Source: Dimorphilus gyrociliatus (lineage: Eukaryota > Animalia > Annelida). From it: 64,000 nucleotides of DNA. Positions 42,066 through 55,089 of this stretch are shown piece by piece. Position numbers and translations under genes: made by a program. The stretch is from contig CAJFCJ010000019.1 of assembly GCA_904063045.1 (NCBI GenBank), positions 1,751,700 through 1,815,699 of the forward strand. Direction: 5' to 3'. Numbering within the stretch: position 1 is the stretch's first letter; the number at the start of each line of letters is the position of its first letter. The notes beneath the pieces were generated by a model. The model had not been told where the DNA came from. It made no database searches and worked only from the letters and a program-made list of their open reading frames with translations.

Positions 42066-45000
42066 ATGACAACGTTGACGTCTGACTGGAATGATGACAA
42101 TGTTGACGAAGGGTCTAAAAGTTAGTTTTACTCACAAAGTATTCAAATGGGGAGTAGGAACTAATAATATATATTTTTTGTACAATAGGGATAGTTGGTG
42201 AAGTTCAACTAAGAAAATATGGGCTATTCTTAGAAGATTACGCGGGACAATTGCAAGAAATAGAGGATGCATTAGGAGATCATATAGGAAATAATTGGGA
42301 TGAAATATTAGATCCAATTGGCCTTAATGTGGGAAATATTTTAATACAATTAGTACAATATAAATAATTATATCTTTTTCTAAACAGTGGTCACCTGTTG
42401 AACATATTAGCCTCATTAGCTTAGTACAAACAGATAATAAAGTCTTGAACAAGGTCGTAACTGTTTTAGCAGCAATGTGTGGAGAAATAGATTTCTTAGT
42501 AAAAGAAGCCGAAAAGAAGTTCTATAATACGCTCTTAGTATACGGTGAAGGTAATCTTCTCCTTAAATCTATAATAGTATATTCTACGTATATATATATA
42601 TATATTCTTTGTAATTAAATTACTTAGGTAAACATGAATCAGACGACGGAGAGGCTCAAATCCAAATGGGTAGAATGATTCCTTTTTTGCAGGTAAATTA
42701 ATTATTACAATATATTAATATTTTAAAACATAAATTAAACATTAATCATAGGAACTATCATCTTTCATTAAACGCTGCTACGATATTATGAAGTATACCT
42801 TACAACAAATAGGTGCATTATACAATGGTGCTAGGTAATTAATTAATGATTGAGATCTAAACCACATTTTAAAATTTATCCTATTCACACTTAGAGTATC
42901 TGTTATGACTGTTTCTGCCGTACACTTTCAGGTTAATATTTTAAGATATTTATAAATAATTATTTTTAAAGTATACAAAATTTAACATTGCTTTAAAATA
43001 GCTTGTCTTCGAACATGTTGGGTCACTTTTAAGATGTTTAATAACATTGGACGAAATTATTGAAAGCCAAACGATCCTAAAAGACCATTGGGTTCTCTAC
43101 ATAAGGTTATTGTAAATTATCACTAATCTTTTTTTATAAAATTGTAATTTTATTGTAAAATAGGATGATAAAGTCAATAAAACGAAATCCATCAGAATTT
43201 AAAGTTGAAATTCGCAACGTAAAACCATTTGATAAATTACTATCGAATCTTGAAAGCTGTATATTTAGCGGAACGATTTTCACGGTAAATCTATATTAAA
43301 GTGTTACATTCTTATGCTTTACATTTGTTTATATATATACTTTAATTAAATTTTATTAGACTGCAATCAGTCAATGTTTCGATTCTAATGGGATTAATGT
43401 TACTAAAAATACTGCTTTCATGGAAGAATTTACTGGAGTTTTAAAAGCTTTATCACAAACGATTGAAGCTAAATTAGGTACGAAAATTTAATATAAATTT
43501 CTTTCTTTTGCCCTAAAACTAATATTTCTTCCAGGCAAATCAGTTGAAACTGATCAAAGATTGAAATTAGTTGAACTCGCCGGTTTGTACGCTCTCTATT
43601 ACGAGTTATACAGACAACCGGAGAAAAAAGCTTTTAAATTGATTTGGGATGCTTACAAACTTGTAAATATAATGATATTTTCATATAGTATATACTTACT
43701 ATAAAATAGCTAATTTAAATTCATATTTTCTTAAGATTCCTTCAGTCACTCTAGTTGCTAATGTTTCCTGGTATCCTAATGAATTTCTACTACTTAAGAT
43801 ACCTGATTTACAAAAAATAATTGATAAAAAAGCAAAATTAGCAGTAGTTACTTCCAGACAAAATTGGCTTCAAAACAAATTGCAAACACTACCAAAGGAA
43901 ATTCAAGCTCTAAGAGCCCAACTTTCTGCTTGGATAGTTAAGATGAACAACGAGACTGAAGCTACACAAAACAATCCATTGGCATCAAAGCTAGATCAGA
44001 AATACTTATTGTTCACTCAGGGTTTAGTTTTTATTTGGTTAATGAACAATTTGGCAAGAGATATAATTAATATATTTGTTAATTTACAAAAATCAATACC
44101 GAAGCAGTGCATTATACAACTCTGCCGACTTTTCGAAATGATACAAGTTCGTTTCTCGAACTTTTTAATCAACTTATCCACTTATTAATAAACTTTCTCT
44201 CTCAAAAGGCGGCAAAAGCAATGTTTCACAGAAGAAATATGCTCTTATCGCAAGTTGGCAATCATATGATACAACACTTTACATACATTGCACTAACCGT
44301 ACTTGTTGATGCAAAAGTATATAATTACTTTCTATTAACTATATAAATATCAATATAAATTGTTTATCATTTTCAAAATTCACAGCAAAGTTTTGTCTCT
44401 GATAAGAAATATACAGAACAAAGATTAGACGTAGTATCGTCTATTGTTTTGGCTGAAAACGTTCTGAAAGGAACTCCATCTAAACAACGAAGAGATATTG
44501 CCAAATTAGCACTTTCTGTTGCTTGCAGAATGGTATAGTTTCCCTTTAAATACTACAGTTAAATATTCTAAATTTTCGAATTGATATTTACAGAGAGTGT
44601 TTAAAGAAGAATACTATCCAGCAATAGAGACAGCATTGCATAAAATAAAAATGCTTGTTGAATTAACTGACAGGTAAATATATACTTTAGCCTTATAGTA
44701 TAAGAAAATTAATAGCTATCAATTTTTTTATAGAATAAAGCAAGGAAGTGATTGTAGTTATCTTTATTGGCATTGTGACTTTTTGAATACATACTTTCAA
44801 GATATGTTTGAACAAGCAACGGCAGTTCATAATATTCATGTAAGTTAAAAATACTGAAATTCAGACAAACGAATTAAACGTCTAATTAATTTTAGTATAT
44901 GTTTGGATCACTTTCCGATTGTGTTCTTCCTTTAAAATCTGCAAAGCATGTTGAAGATCCTAATTCTCTATTGAAACTTTACGAAAAGAGCGTTATAAAT

Positions 45001-47154
45001 TATTTAGAAGAGGTAAAAAGATATGTTTTCTTATTAAAATTTGCCATTTAACTTATGAAAACTGCTTTCATTTTCATTATAAAGAATTTAATGAAAAAAG
45101 TCTGCTCAGCAATTGAAACTGATTTAAGATTACAAACTCATTTACATTTACAATTGGACGATATGAATCCTTTCAGAGTTGGCCTAAAAGACCTATCAGT
45201 CTTCGTTCGACTAATGCCCATTAGATTTATGGATAGACTTATTAGTATAAAAAGTATATTAATTTTCTTTTGCTTGCAATAATTAGTCCATAGATTTATA
45301 TTAACCTTAAAGTACATATATTATATTTCAATTTTTTATTTGTTTCTTTGTCTTACAGCCTACGTTGAACATTATCTAAATACTACATTCTATAATTTAA
45401 CAACAATCGCCTTGCACGATTGGAAAACCTATGCTGATATGAAAAATTTAGCCTATCAACGATACAATTTAAATCTTATAGAAACCTATCTTCCTAGTCA
45501 AACTCTGGAACAGGGTTTAGACGTATTAGAAATTATGAGAAATATACACGTATTTGTTTCGAGTTACGCGTATAATCTAAATAATCAGGTATACAAACTC
45601 TAAATTCATTAATAAATATTTATTACTTTATTTTACATGATTATATATAGATTTTTGTTGAAAAGAATAGTAATAATAAGCATTTAAATACAATAAATAT
45701 AAGGCACATTGCTAATTCTATAAGAACTCACGGTACTGGAATTATGAATACAACGGTAATAGATTTATTAAAACTTTTCGTATACATATTTTATAATGCT
45801 TCTCTTTATTCTAGATTAATTTTACTTATCAATTCTTACGAAAGAAATTTTTTACATTCTCACAATTTATGTACGATGAACATATAAAATCTAGGCTGAT
45901 AAAAGATTGGCGCTACTTTAAAGAAAATCATTTAAATAATGACCAAACCTATCCATTTGAAAGAGCCGAAAAATTTAACAAGGGAATAAGAAAACTAGGT
46001 TTATCAAAGGATGGTTTGAGTTATTTAGATCAATTTAGACTGTTGATAACCCAAATTGGTATTGAAGAAATCTTTTTCTTAACAAATTCTGTTTTATACA
46101 ATTAGTAATCTCATTTTTATTAAAGGTAATGCTATGGGATATATAAGAATGATACGATCAGGAGGTCTACATTGCTGTAGTAGTGCCATCTCTTTTATTC
46201 CCGATTTAGAAGATATTGTTAACTTTGAAGAATTTGTTAAGGAAGATAACCTGTCGACAGAAACTCAAAAAGCTGCTAAAATCGTTGATGTAGTAATTGA
46301 AAATTTGACAAAAAACTTTTCAGAAGGAACCGAATATTTCAAGGTAAAAATAATAATAATAATAAAAGAAACAATATTTAAAGCATTTGTTAGATAAAAG
46401 AAAAAGTCCTATTTAAATAATCTAATTACAAATTCTAATTAGATAAACATAAACTAAATTACAGATGCTCGTTGATGTGTTTGCACCTGAGTTTAGAAGT
46501 ACAAAAAACAAACATTTATCAAATTTTTTTGTGATTGTACCACCTTTGGTAAGACTCTATTTTTTATTCTTATAAAGCTTTGAAATTCTTTGACATTTCT
46601 AAAAACAGGCTTTAAATTATGTTGAGAACTCTATAAGTTGTAAAGAGAAACTATCAAAGAAGAATAAGGAAGGAGCTGCCTTTACAGATGACGGATTCGC
46701 CATGGGGGTAGCTTATATATTGAAACTTTTAAATCAATATTCTGAATTCGACTCCCTTCATTGGTTTTCTGGTGTTCGTTCTAAATATACTCAGGAAAAG
46801 GTATCTAAATACAAATATATTGTTGACAAATACATGCAATGTTTATTCATTTTATCTTTAGCAACAAATTCAAGAAAAGTTACGTACAGGAAAAATCGAA
46901 GAATCTTTAAAGCAAACCTATACTTTGACATTAAAACGATTGGATGTCTATCAGCAAGAGTTCGATTTGCTATACTATTCACATAGTAGTGCCAGAATTT
47001 TCTTTGGAGCTGATATGGACAAGGATGAGAAAAGTACGTATATATATATATACTGTATACAGTATATAAGTATCTCAATATAATCATTTTCTCTGTCTCT
47101 CCAGATGTTAGTGACATTCCAAACCCGTCTGCAAATTCTTCATCAACAGTTTAA
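42066..47154 (+). CDS. WASHC4: WASH complex subunit 4 (SWIP/KIAA1033)
   Basis: [82 protein letters not shown]. Confidence 0.96.
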
Positions 47155-47690
47155 AAATTCTAACTCACTGACTGTGTCATTTATTGCCATAATTATTAAA
47201 AAATCACGCTTCCGAACATCTTATGTGATATCTTTTCTGTTTACAAAAAATAAACAAAGAGAAGAAAACGTGTTATTTTTTCAGTTATAATTTGAATACA
47301 ATTTTATTATTTAAGTAATAAATTTGTTATGTTTATTACGCAACCGTAATATAATTTAAGTCAAACAAACAATTGAAAATTTATTATTATAAAGTAAATC
47401 TTACGAAAAGTATTAATTATGATCAATAGAGAAAATAAAGTAAAGCTTATATAATATATTTAACCATTGATAATTTTTTAGAATACTTTTAAAGTGACTA
47501 TTTATTTTAATTATGGAAGGTCTCAACCAATCAATATACCCTATGTACGATAATAAAGAATCGTATGATTTTGGTACACAATACTAGAAGTGGAAGTAAA
47601 CTAATTTTCTGACTCAGCATCATTTTTATATGGATTTATAGGCAATTAGCCGTTTATTAATTACAATTAACGAAATAAAATACTAAAGAA

Positions 47691-49113
47691 ATGCCATTGT
47701 TCATTAGTGGACGAGAATATTCCGAAACAACCGTAGAATCTATAAGTGCTTTCTACGAAGAATATTCATCATTGAGAGTTAGTTGAAGATTTTAACCTCT
47801 TCCATCGATAGGAATAATAATAATCGTGACTGGAATACTAAACTCTGATAATAATATTTATTTGTATAAGGATGCTTTACTTAAACAACTGATTTCCATA
47901 AGCAGATTTATATATTTGAAAACACTTGTAATATAATATCAGAGAACGCAGTATATATTTTTTAAACTGCAAATAATGTTTATATATTAATATCAATAAA
48001 AAAGAAATCTATTTTCCTATATCAGAAAGCAGCTGATGAATTTACTTCTCAAGACCAATTTGTCGTAAAACCGAATAATTTACTATATGTTTGTCAAGCA
48101 GAATACGCTACAATTATCCCAAATGAACGTAATTTTCCCACTTAAAATTTATTATAATATTATATCTAATTATATATCTATTTATTAGAGATTAAATTTG
48201 TTGGATCGTCTGATGCAACAACGTGTCATATATTTACTATAAGACATACGGGTAGTGGTATAACAGGTTTTTCTCATTTAGATGGAAATTCTACTAAAAA
48301 GATAATCAACATTTTAATAAGTAGTGTCTCGAACTTATCAAAAGGTTACCCAGATGGCAGGTATTATAAAATTAATTATCAATTTATTTTACTTATTAAT
48401 GTTGCAATAATTCTAGATTAGAATGTTATATTGTGGGCGGCTTTCTAGATGGCACGAATTCATCAGCAAATCTCTCTATGAGTATTATTGGTAAGACGTG
48501 ATAATCCTTTTGTATTCGATATGGTAGGAAATTTATAAAAGAAAATACTTTATTAGATTCTCTAAGCAAGTCGACAGAGAACATCTACCTAGAACTCTGC
48601 GCTGTAACACCTTTAAATGATTGTATCAAAGATGAAATCCATTATCCAATAGTGTACGGTGCATTTGTGGACTTGAAAAGTGGGAAGATAATGCCGGCAA
48701 CTTTTCAAAATAAAGAACCAGATATTGATCTTAGAACAGCTAAGCATTTCAAAGTGCATACACCAGCGGTAATCTAATTATAAATACGTATAAATGAAAC
48801 ACCATATATTGTATTGATAACGAACTATCCTTTCTTTCTCATTAACTAGAATATTTACAACACGGAAACTGGTGAAATGATTATTGATCCTTTTTCCTGG
48901 AGTACAGATGACAGCTTAATACGTGTATTATCATGGCCAAAAAAATGTATTAGACGTTATTTATCAACTAGTCCCAATCAAGAACTTCCTGACTTTGAAG
49001 ATCATATCCTACGTGGTGTAAAGATTTTATTAAAATCACCAAATGAAATCTTTCCAAATCAACAATCAAGAAAATATCAAATGGTTAATGACTTATGGAA
49101 ATTACAAGATTAA
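47691..49113 (+). CDS. NTAN1: Protein N-terminal asparagine amidohydrolase
   Basis: MPLFISGR, LLYVCQAEYA, GSSDATTCH...RHTGSG...HLDG, STSPNQELPDF. Confidence 0.9.
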
Positions 49114-49967
49114 TACTTTCTTCACAATGCACAATATTTCTTTGACCTATTTATGTACATTTTTTTTAATTAATCTTCTCATATTTTTTTATTACTTAGC
49201 TAAAAAAAAGGCCATATTTTTTAATTAAAGATATGTATAATAACCTAAGATTATTTTGTAACAGTAATTTATAAACATTATTCACTTAATCAAATTTTAA
49301 AAAGTGGTCGTCTGTTTTATAATTTCATAATTTTCTTAATAAAAATACTTTAAAATAGAAAGAAGCGTTTACTTATTATTGTCTCAGAATTCGATCGATT
49401 TCTTCATTCCTTTGTGGGGAAAAAAGAACGCTCGATGTTTATTTATTAACTTGAAAACTTTGAAATTCGTTTATTTCGCTTTTTGTAATTTATATTTGTC
49501 ACTTAGGAAAGTCTATTACATTTAGAGATTTAAGCTGTATTCGAAAATTTATATGACTGGTAATTCGAGTAAGGAGCGTGCTGTATTGTTTGTGATGGGG
49601 AGCACGTAACCCAATTTTAACGGACATTGCATCCATCTTTCAAGGAAAGCGAACAATTTTTATTTTGAATGAATTGATTAGCGGCGAAGTAAGCTCGACA
49701 AAACATTGATTTTTTCGCTAAACACAATGCTTTTTTCTGCATAAAAGTTAGTCTATTTTTGGAATATCACCAAGCAACGTTTCGCCTAAAGTTTTACTTG
49801 TCACTCTGCATTGAAGACTGAAACGGTTGGATATATCATGTTATCCTTTCCTATTTGAGAAATATATCATCCAAACATCCGTTTAATACATGTATAATAT
49901 TTGCAGATCGAACCGGAAAAGAGAATCGCTGGAAAGTAAAGAGCTGTAAAGCTACTGGTCCATAAAG

Positions 49968-52900
49968 ATGGAGGACCAAAAGACATGTATAGAATGGGCA
50001 GTGGAAGGCGAGCGCTTATGCAAATTAGGCCAATGCCAAAAGGGCATCGAATATTTTTTGAAGGCGATCGACGCAGGAACAGAAGATAAGCGAGTTCTTA
50101 GTGCGATTTACAGTCAAATGGGCAATGCTTATTTTTATCTCCAAAATTATACCAAGGCATTTCAATATCATAAACTCGACCTGCAACTAGCCAGGTTTGT
50201 TTACGAAACTTTTTAATTTACATAAATGCTTATCGTACTTCCGATTTTAAGCGTATGCTTATACAAATAGAAACTGTTGTTCGGTCATTCACTATCTAAC
50301 GGTGATCTTTTAAAGGCGTTTGTATAAGTGGTTATGTAAAATTTTAGAAATATTAACTTGTATATAAAGGGTCTTTAGAAGAAATTATAAGGATTTAATG
50401 GAAGAAGGAATAGTCATCGATCACATAACCACTTTAGAAAGTACTTTGTGCTTACTTTGCTATTCTATCATGAAACACAGCAACACATTACCAATTACAC
50501 TATGTTTTATATTTGTAATCGATCAGACAATATATGCCCGAACATTTTTCTCCGCATGGACATATATGTATGTAAATATATGAATATGTATCTGTTTGTC
50601 TATGTGGTTAAAGGGAGCTTATACACAGAGCAAATATTTAAAATAAAGATGTTTCTAGCTTCGAATAATCCTCACTTACCTGCTAACCGTTTTTAGAACA
50701 ATGGGCGATAAGTTGGGTGTAGCAAAAGCGAGTGGAAATTTGGGTAATACCTTAAAAGTTCTTGGACAGTTTGATGAAGCTATTGCCTGCTGCGAAAAGC
50801 ATCGAGATATTTGCCGGTAACCTTTTACAGTTTGCTAACAAAAACCCTTAAATTATATCATTAATCCTATTTGTTAAATATTTTATATTACTTTATTTTT
50901 CATAATATGTACATTTTTTCTTTTTACCTCACCAACTATTGATTGAAGTAGATTCAATGTTATGTTCTTTTTTATATTAAAGAGAGGAAGGCAACTTGGA
51001 AGGAGAGGCCAGAGCACTTTACAATCTCGGTAATGTTCTACATGCCAAAGGCAAGCATGATGGAAGAAACAACACACACGATCCCGGTCACTTTCCCTTA
51101 GAAGTTAAAGAAAGCTTAACCCGTGCTGCAAAGTATTACGAGTATGTAGACAATCAATCTCCAATTAACACAGTTCTATTATGAACGCTAACACAAGAGT
51201 GACATAATAGTTCTTTAAAAGCTGAGAATTATAATAACTACACACGAGTCAAGGCGTTTGGTTTATTTTTTTGTGCTTAACAGAGAGAACTTATCCGTTC
51301 TAAGAAAGCTACCTAAGCCGGATCGTGCGGCAGAAGGAAGAGCTTGTGGAAATTTAGGTAATACACATTATTTACTGGGAAACTTCGGTGAAGCCATGAA
51401 ATACCACGAACAGGTGGGAGAAAAACGATATTCTTCGCCTTTTTATTGCCTTACTAACCTAAAACACTTATATCGAAATAGAGATTGGCTATAGCAAAAG
51501 AATTTGGCGATAAGGCAGCTGAAAGAAGAGCTTACAGTAACTTGGGTAATGCTCATATTTTCTTGGGTCATTTTACTCAAGCATCTGAATATTATAAGTA
51601 TGTATTATCTTTAATTCAATAAATCCACTATCAGGTTAGAAATGAAATATTTTCTCTTCATTTAGCAAATGTCTTCAAGTTGCTAAAGAGCTTGGTGAAA
51701 AAGCTCTAGAAGCTCAAGCCTGTTATAGCTTGGGAAATACTTACACTCTAATGAGACAATACGAAAGAGCTATAGAATATCATGTTCAGCATTTGACTAT
51801 AGCCCAGCAATTGAATGATCAAGTTGGTGTTGGCAGAGCATGCTGGAGTTTAGGCAATGCATATGCAGCTTTGGGTGAAAACACACAAGCTCTAGAATAT
51901 GCAAACAGACACTTGAAAATATCCCAAGAAATTGGAGACACTGTCGGGCAAACTACAGCTAATTCTAACATAGCTGACCTGAAAAATTTAATAACAACAA
52001 AGTAAGTAATAAAAGTGTAATGATTTTTAATAAATAATTTTCATGACAATACTGTTTCATTTTTATCTATTTTTTATTATAACATAGTGATAGTAACTGT
52101 GAGAAAATTGAGCATAAACGTCGAGAACAAATCAGAAGAAACAGTATGGAGAACTTACAGCTGTTAAAGCTTACACCTGATCAGGTATACCTAATAGAGT
52201 GCATCAATCAAATAAGCTAAATATCAACAATCTTTAAGAACTGTTAATAAAATGCTGTAAAAAAAAATAATGTTCATTCTCGTTTTTTTTTATTTTCTCT
52301 ACTTAGAAAAAGCAAGCTAACGAAAGTGATGGCGATACAAAGGTAAGGAGAAAATACTAACAATAAGCAAAAACTGAGAGTAATCCTTTGATTTAATCCT
52401 CTAGCTGCAACCTTGCGACGAAGAGCTTTTCGAGAAACTGTTAGAGGCTAGTTCTCGTAGAATAGATGATCAACGTTTTGATGCTAGTAGAGTTTCTACA
52501 GGTAAATAATTAAAAATTTTAAGTATAAACTAAAATAAGTCTTTTTAAACGCTTGTGTCTCGTTCATCAAAAATTGCATGTTTATAAAACGTTAGATGGT
52601 GAAATGGAGGAAGCGTTTCTAAACCTAGTTGAAGGTTTGCAAAGTTGTCGAATGAACGAACAAAGAAGTGATTTACCCCCTTCAGGTGTTATATTTACCT
52701 GTTGTGAACAAATTTTTATTACCCCTATCACATTTATTGCACTTGGGCACGTTTTATTCTAACCCGAAAGTACTAAAACGCCTTTCATTGCAAGAATAAT
52801 GAGTTTTTTATTAATAAACAGTTCGAAGTGATGTTTTGGAAAGAGAAGATTCAGATGGTTTGAATGGTATACCAGCCGTCCGCAAAAATTCTCTTCCGGA

Positions 52901-53150
52901 CGATGACTTTTTCGACAATCTAATGAGATGTCAAGGCTCGAGAATTGAAGAACAGCGTTCAGAACTACCAACGAGACCTTTGGCTCCGACAGTCCCCGAT
53001 GAAGACTTCTTCGCTTTGTTACATAAATTTCAGTCGAATCGAATTGAAACTCAACGTTCTAAAATGCCTGAAGTACCTATTACCAGTGATTCGACATCAT
53101 CAATTCAAAAAACATCTTCAATTAAGAAGAAGTTTGGTAGGAAGACTTAA
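49968..53150 (+). CDS. GPSM2: G-protein signalling modulator (Pins/LGN/AGS3): TPR repeats + four GoLoco motifs
   Basis: EGERLCK, LSAIYSQMGNAY, GRACGNLGNTHYLLG; GoLoco cores RIDDQR, RMNEQR, RIEEQR, RIETQR. Confidence 0.92.
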
Positions 53151-53271
53151 AAATCAGTTTGTCTAGCGATCAAAATACTCGCCTTTTATGTTGTTCAAAG
53201 TTTATTTCAAAACATTTTAACATGATTCTTATATTTTTTTCACCAATCATTAAAAAAAAAGATGCACAAGA

Positions 53272-53869
53272 CTAATTTTTCGCTTTCGACAATTCTTCAG
53301 TAACTACATTATTTATCGCCAATGTAGCCTTTCTGTACTCATGATATTGCAGAAATCCGTCGTTATCTCGATCAAATGAATTTAGGCAGATGTCAACGAT
53401 TCCTATAAAAACGACTACATTAAAGAAGACCAGGAAATAAAATTTACTATCATGTCTTACTATGCACTGATTTTAATAGATTGTGATATTCTACTGTAGA
53501 CATAGTTTCATTATGAAAGTAATGTAAAAATATCTGTCGGAATTCAATTCCATCTAAGGCCAAATTGTGATCACTATCGTGCTGTTCGAAAATGTGAAAT
53601 TCAATTTCTTCATCTGAAATCTTTTCATCGGCAAGCTTTGCATCTTTCAAATGATCTCTCACATGTCTGTTGAAAAGGACACGTCACAAAGAAATCTTTA
53701 AGATAAAATGTAATCATATATACTCTTCATCGTGAAAAATTCTAGAATCCATCGGATTCTGTTGGACTTCATCTAATGTTACTTTATTATGATCTTCAAA
53801 GTGGCCATTGCAGAGAGCCAAAGATGTAAGTACTGCAAAAATCCCAAAAAGATAACAGTGCACCTTCAT
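53272..53869 (-). CDS. MCFD2: MCFD2-like secreted EF-hand protein
   Basis: Signal peptide MKVHCYLFGIFAVLTSLALC; EF hands HDSDHNLALDGIE and FDRDNDGFLQYHE across three exons. Confidence 0.75.
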
Positions 53870-54000
53870 ACTTCTAGTATTCAATACTAGTCAAACGAGA
53901 TTGAATTATGAATACATCTAGCCATAGCTTGTTCGATTTCAATGCTTGTTCAATGTTGTTCCAATAGGTGGCGACAATATTCGATACTATTTTGTAAAGT

Positions 54001-54074
54001 ACGCATGCGCTGATTTGGAGTTGTACATTTCGAGTAATAGTAGTCTGAACGTTTACGGGTATATATACCGCCAT
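54001..54074. promoter_or_regulatory. Bidirectional MCFD2/SNRPE promoter with NRF1-like ACGCATGCGC and YY1-like CCGCCAT
   Basis: Motifs lie within the 261-bp gap between the divergent ATGs. Confidence 0.5.
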
Positions 54075-54130
54075 CCGACGTCTAATCGATTTAAATTGTC
54101 TTTATTTCATCCTAAAAACACCTAGCTAAT

Positions 54131-54589
54131 ATGTCTTATAAAGGTGGAGGCAAAGTCCAGAAGATGATGGTTCAGCCCATCGTAAGCTATGATTAAAATA
54201 AATAACAAAAATCAACTTTGCATTAATTTTCTTATTATCGTCCTTACAGAATCTTATTTTTCGATATCTGCAAAGTGTAAGTTTAATAGAATTTTCCTTT
54301 AAATATTCTTAATATTAATATTTTGTGAAAACTTTTTACAGAGAGCTAGAGTATCGGTTTGGCTGTATGAACAAGCTAATACTAAACTTGAAGGTTGTAT
54401 CATAGGATTCGACGAATACATGAATTTGGTATTGGATAGTGCAGAAGAAATTCATCTAAAAACAAAGACACGAAAAGCATTAGGTATAATATATTTCAAA
54501 ACTACTTTTTTCTCATTTTTGCATCTATAGGGAGAATACTTCTGAAAGGTGACAACATTTCCCTAATTCACCAACTGGTCGACCAATAA
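54131..54589 (+). CDS. SNRPE: Small nuclear ribonucleoprotein E
   Basis: [10 protein letters not shown]|NLIFRYLQ...[17 protein letters not shown]...[13 protein letters not shown]. Confidence 0.97.
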
Positions 54590-55089
54590 CTTTGTAGAAA
54601 ATGTAAAAGAAAAGTTGTTACGTTTTCAATATAATTTTTGTACATGTCAAGTAAAAGAGAAAAATATTTAGATAACTCTTGCTCTGCCTATTTAACATAA
54701 TTTTTAAGCAAGTAGTAAGATATTAAGTTTGTTCTCTGATCTATTTATTTATATATAAATATACATCAAAAAATATGAATAAACATTTGGGAAAAAGAAA
54801 TTGTCAATTTTCATCACGTGATCAATCTCTTCAGTGAATTGTCGAAGATGTCAACCGATAAGAAGTTTAACTTTAAATATTCGGGGAGAATTTCTTTTTT
54901 GTTAATTTCAAAAAATGAGCGGTTTTTTTACTTGTTTTGGCGGTAAAAATTAAACTGGTTCACTATTATATTTTATTAGTCATCGACACCCTCGTCATTG
55001 CTCATATTTATTAGTAGGTAAACCTGTGCGATCAACGGGATCACACGAAATTTATTTGTACAAAAGGAAGTTTCTTAAAAACTAGCACG

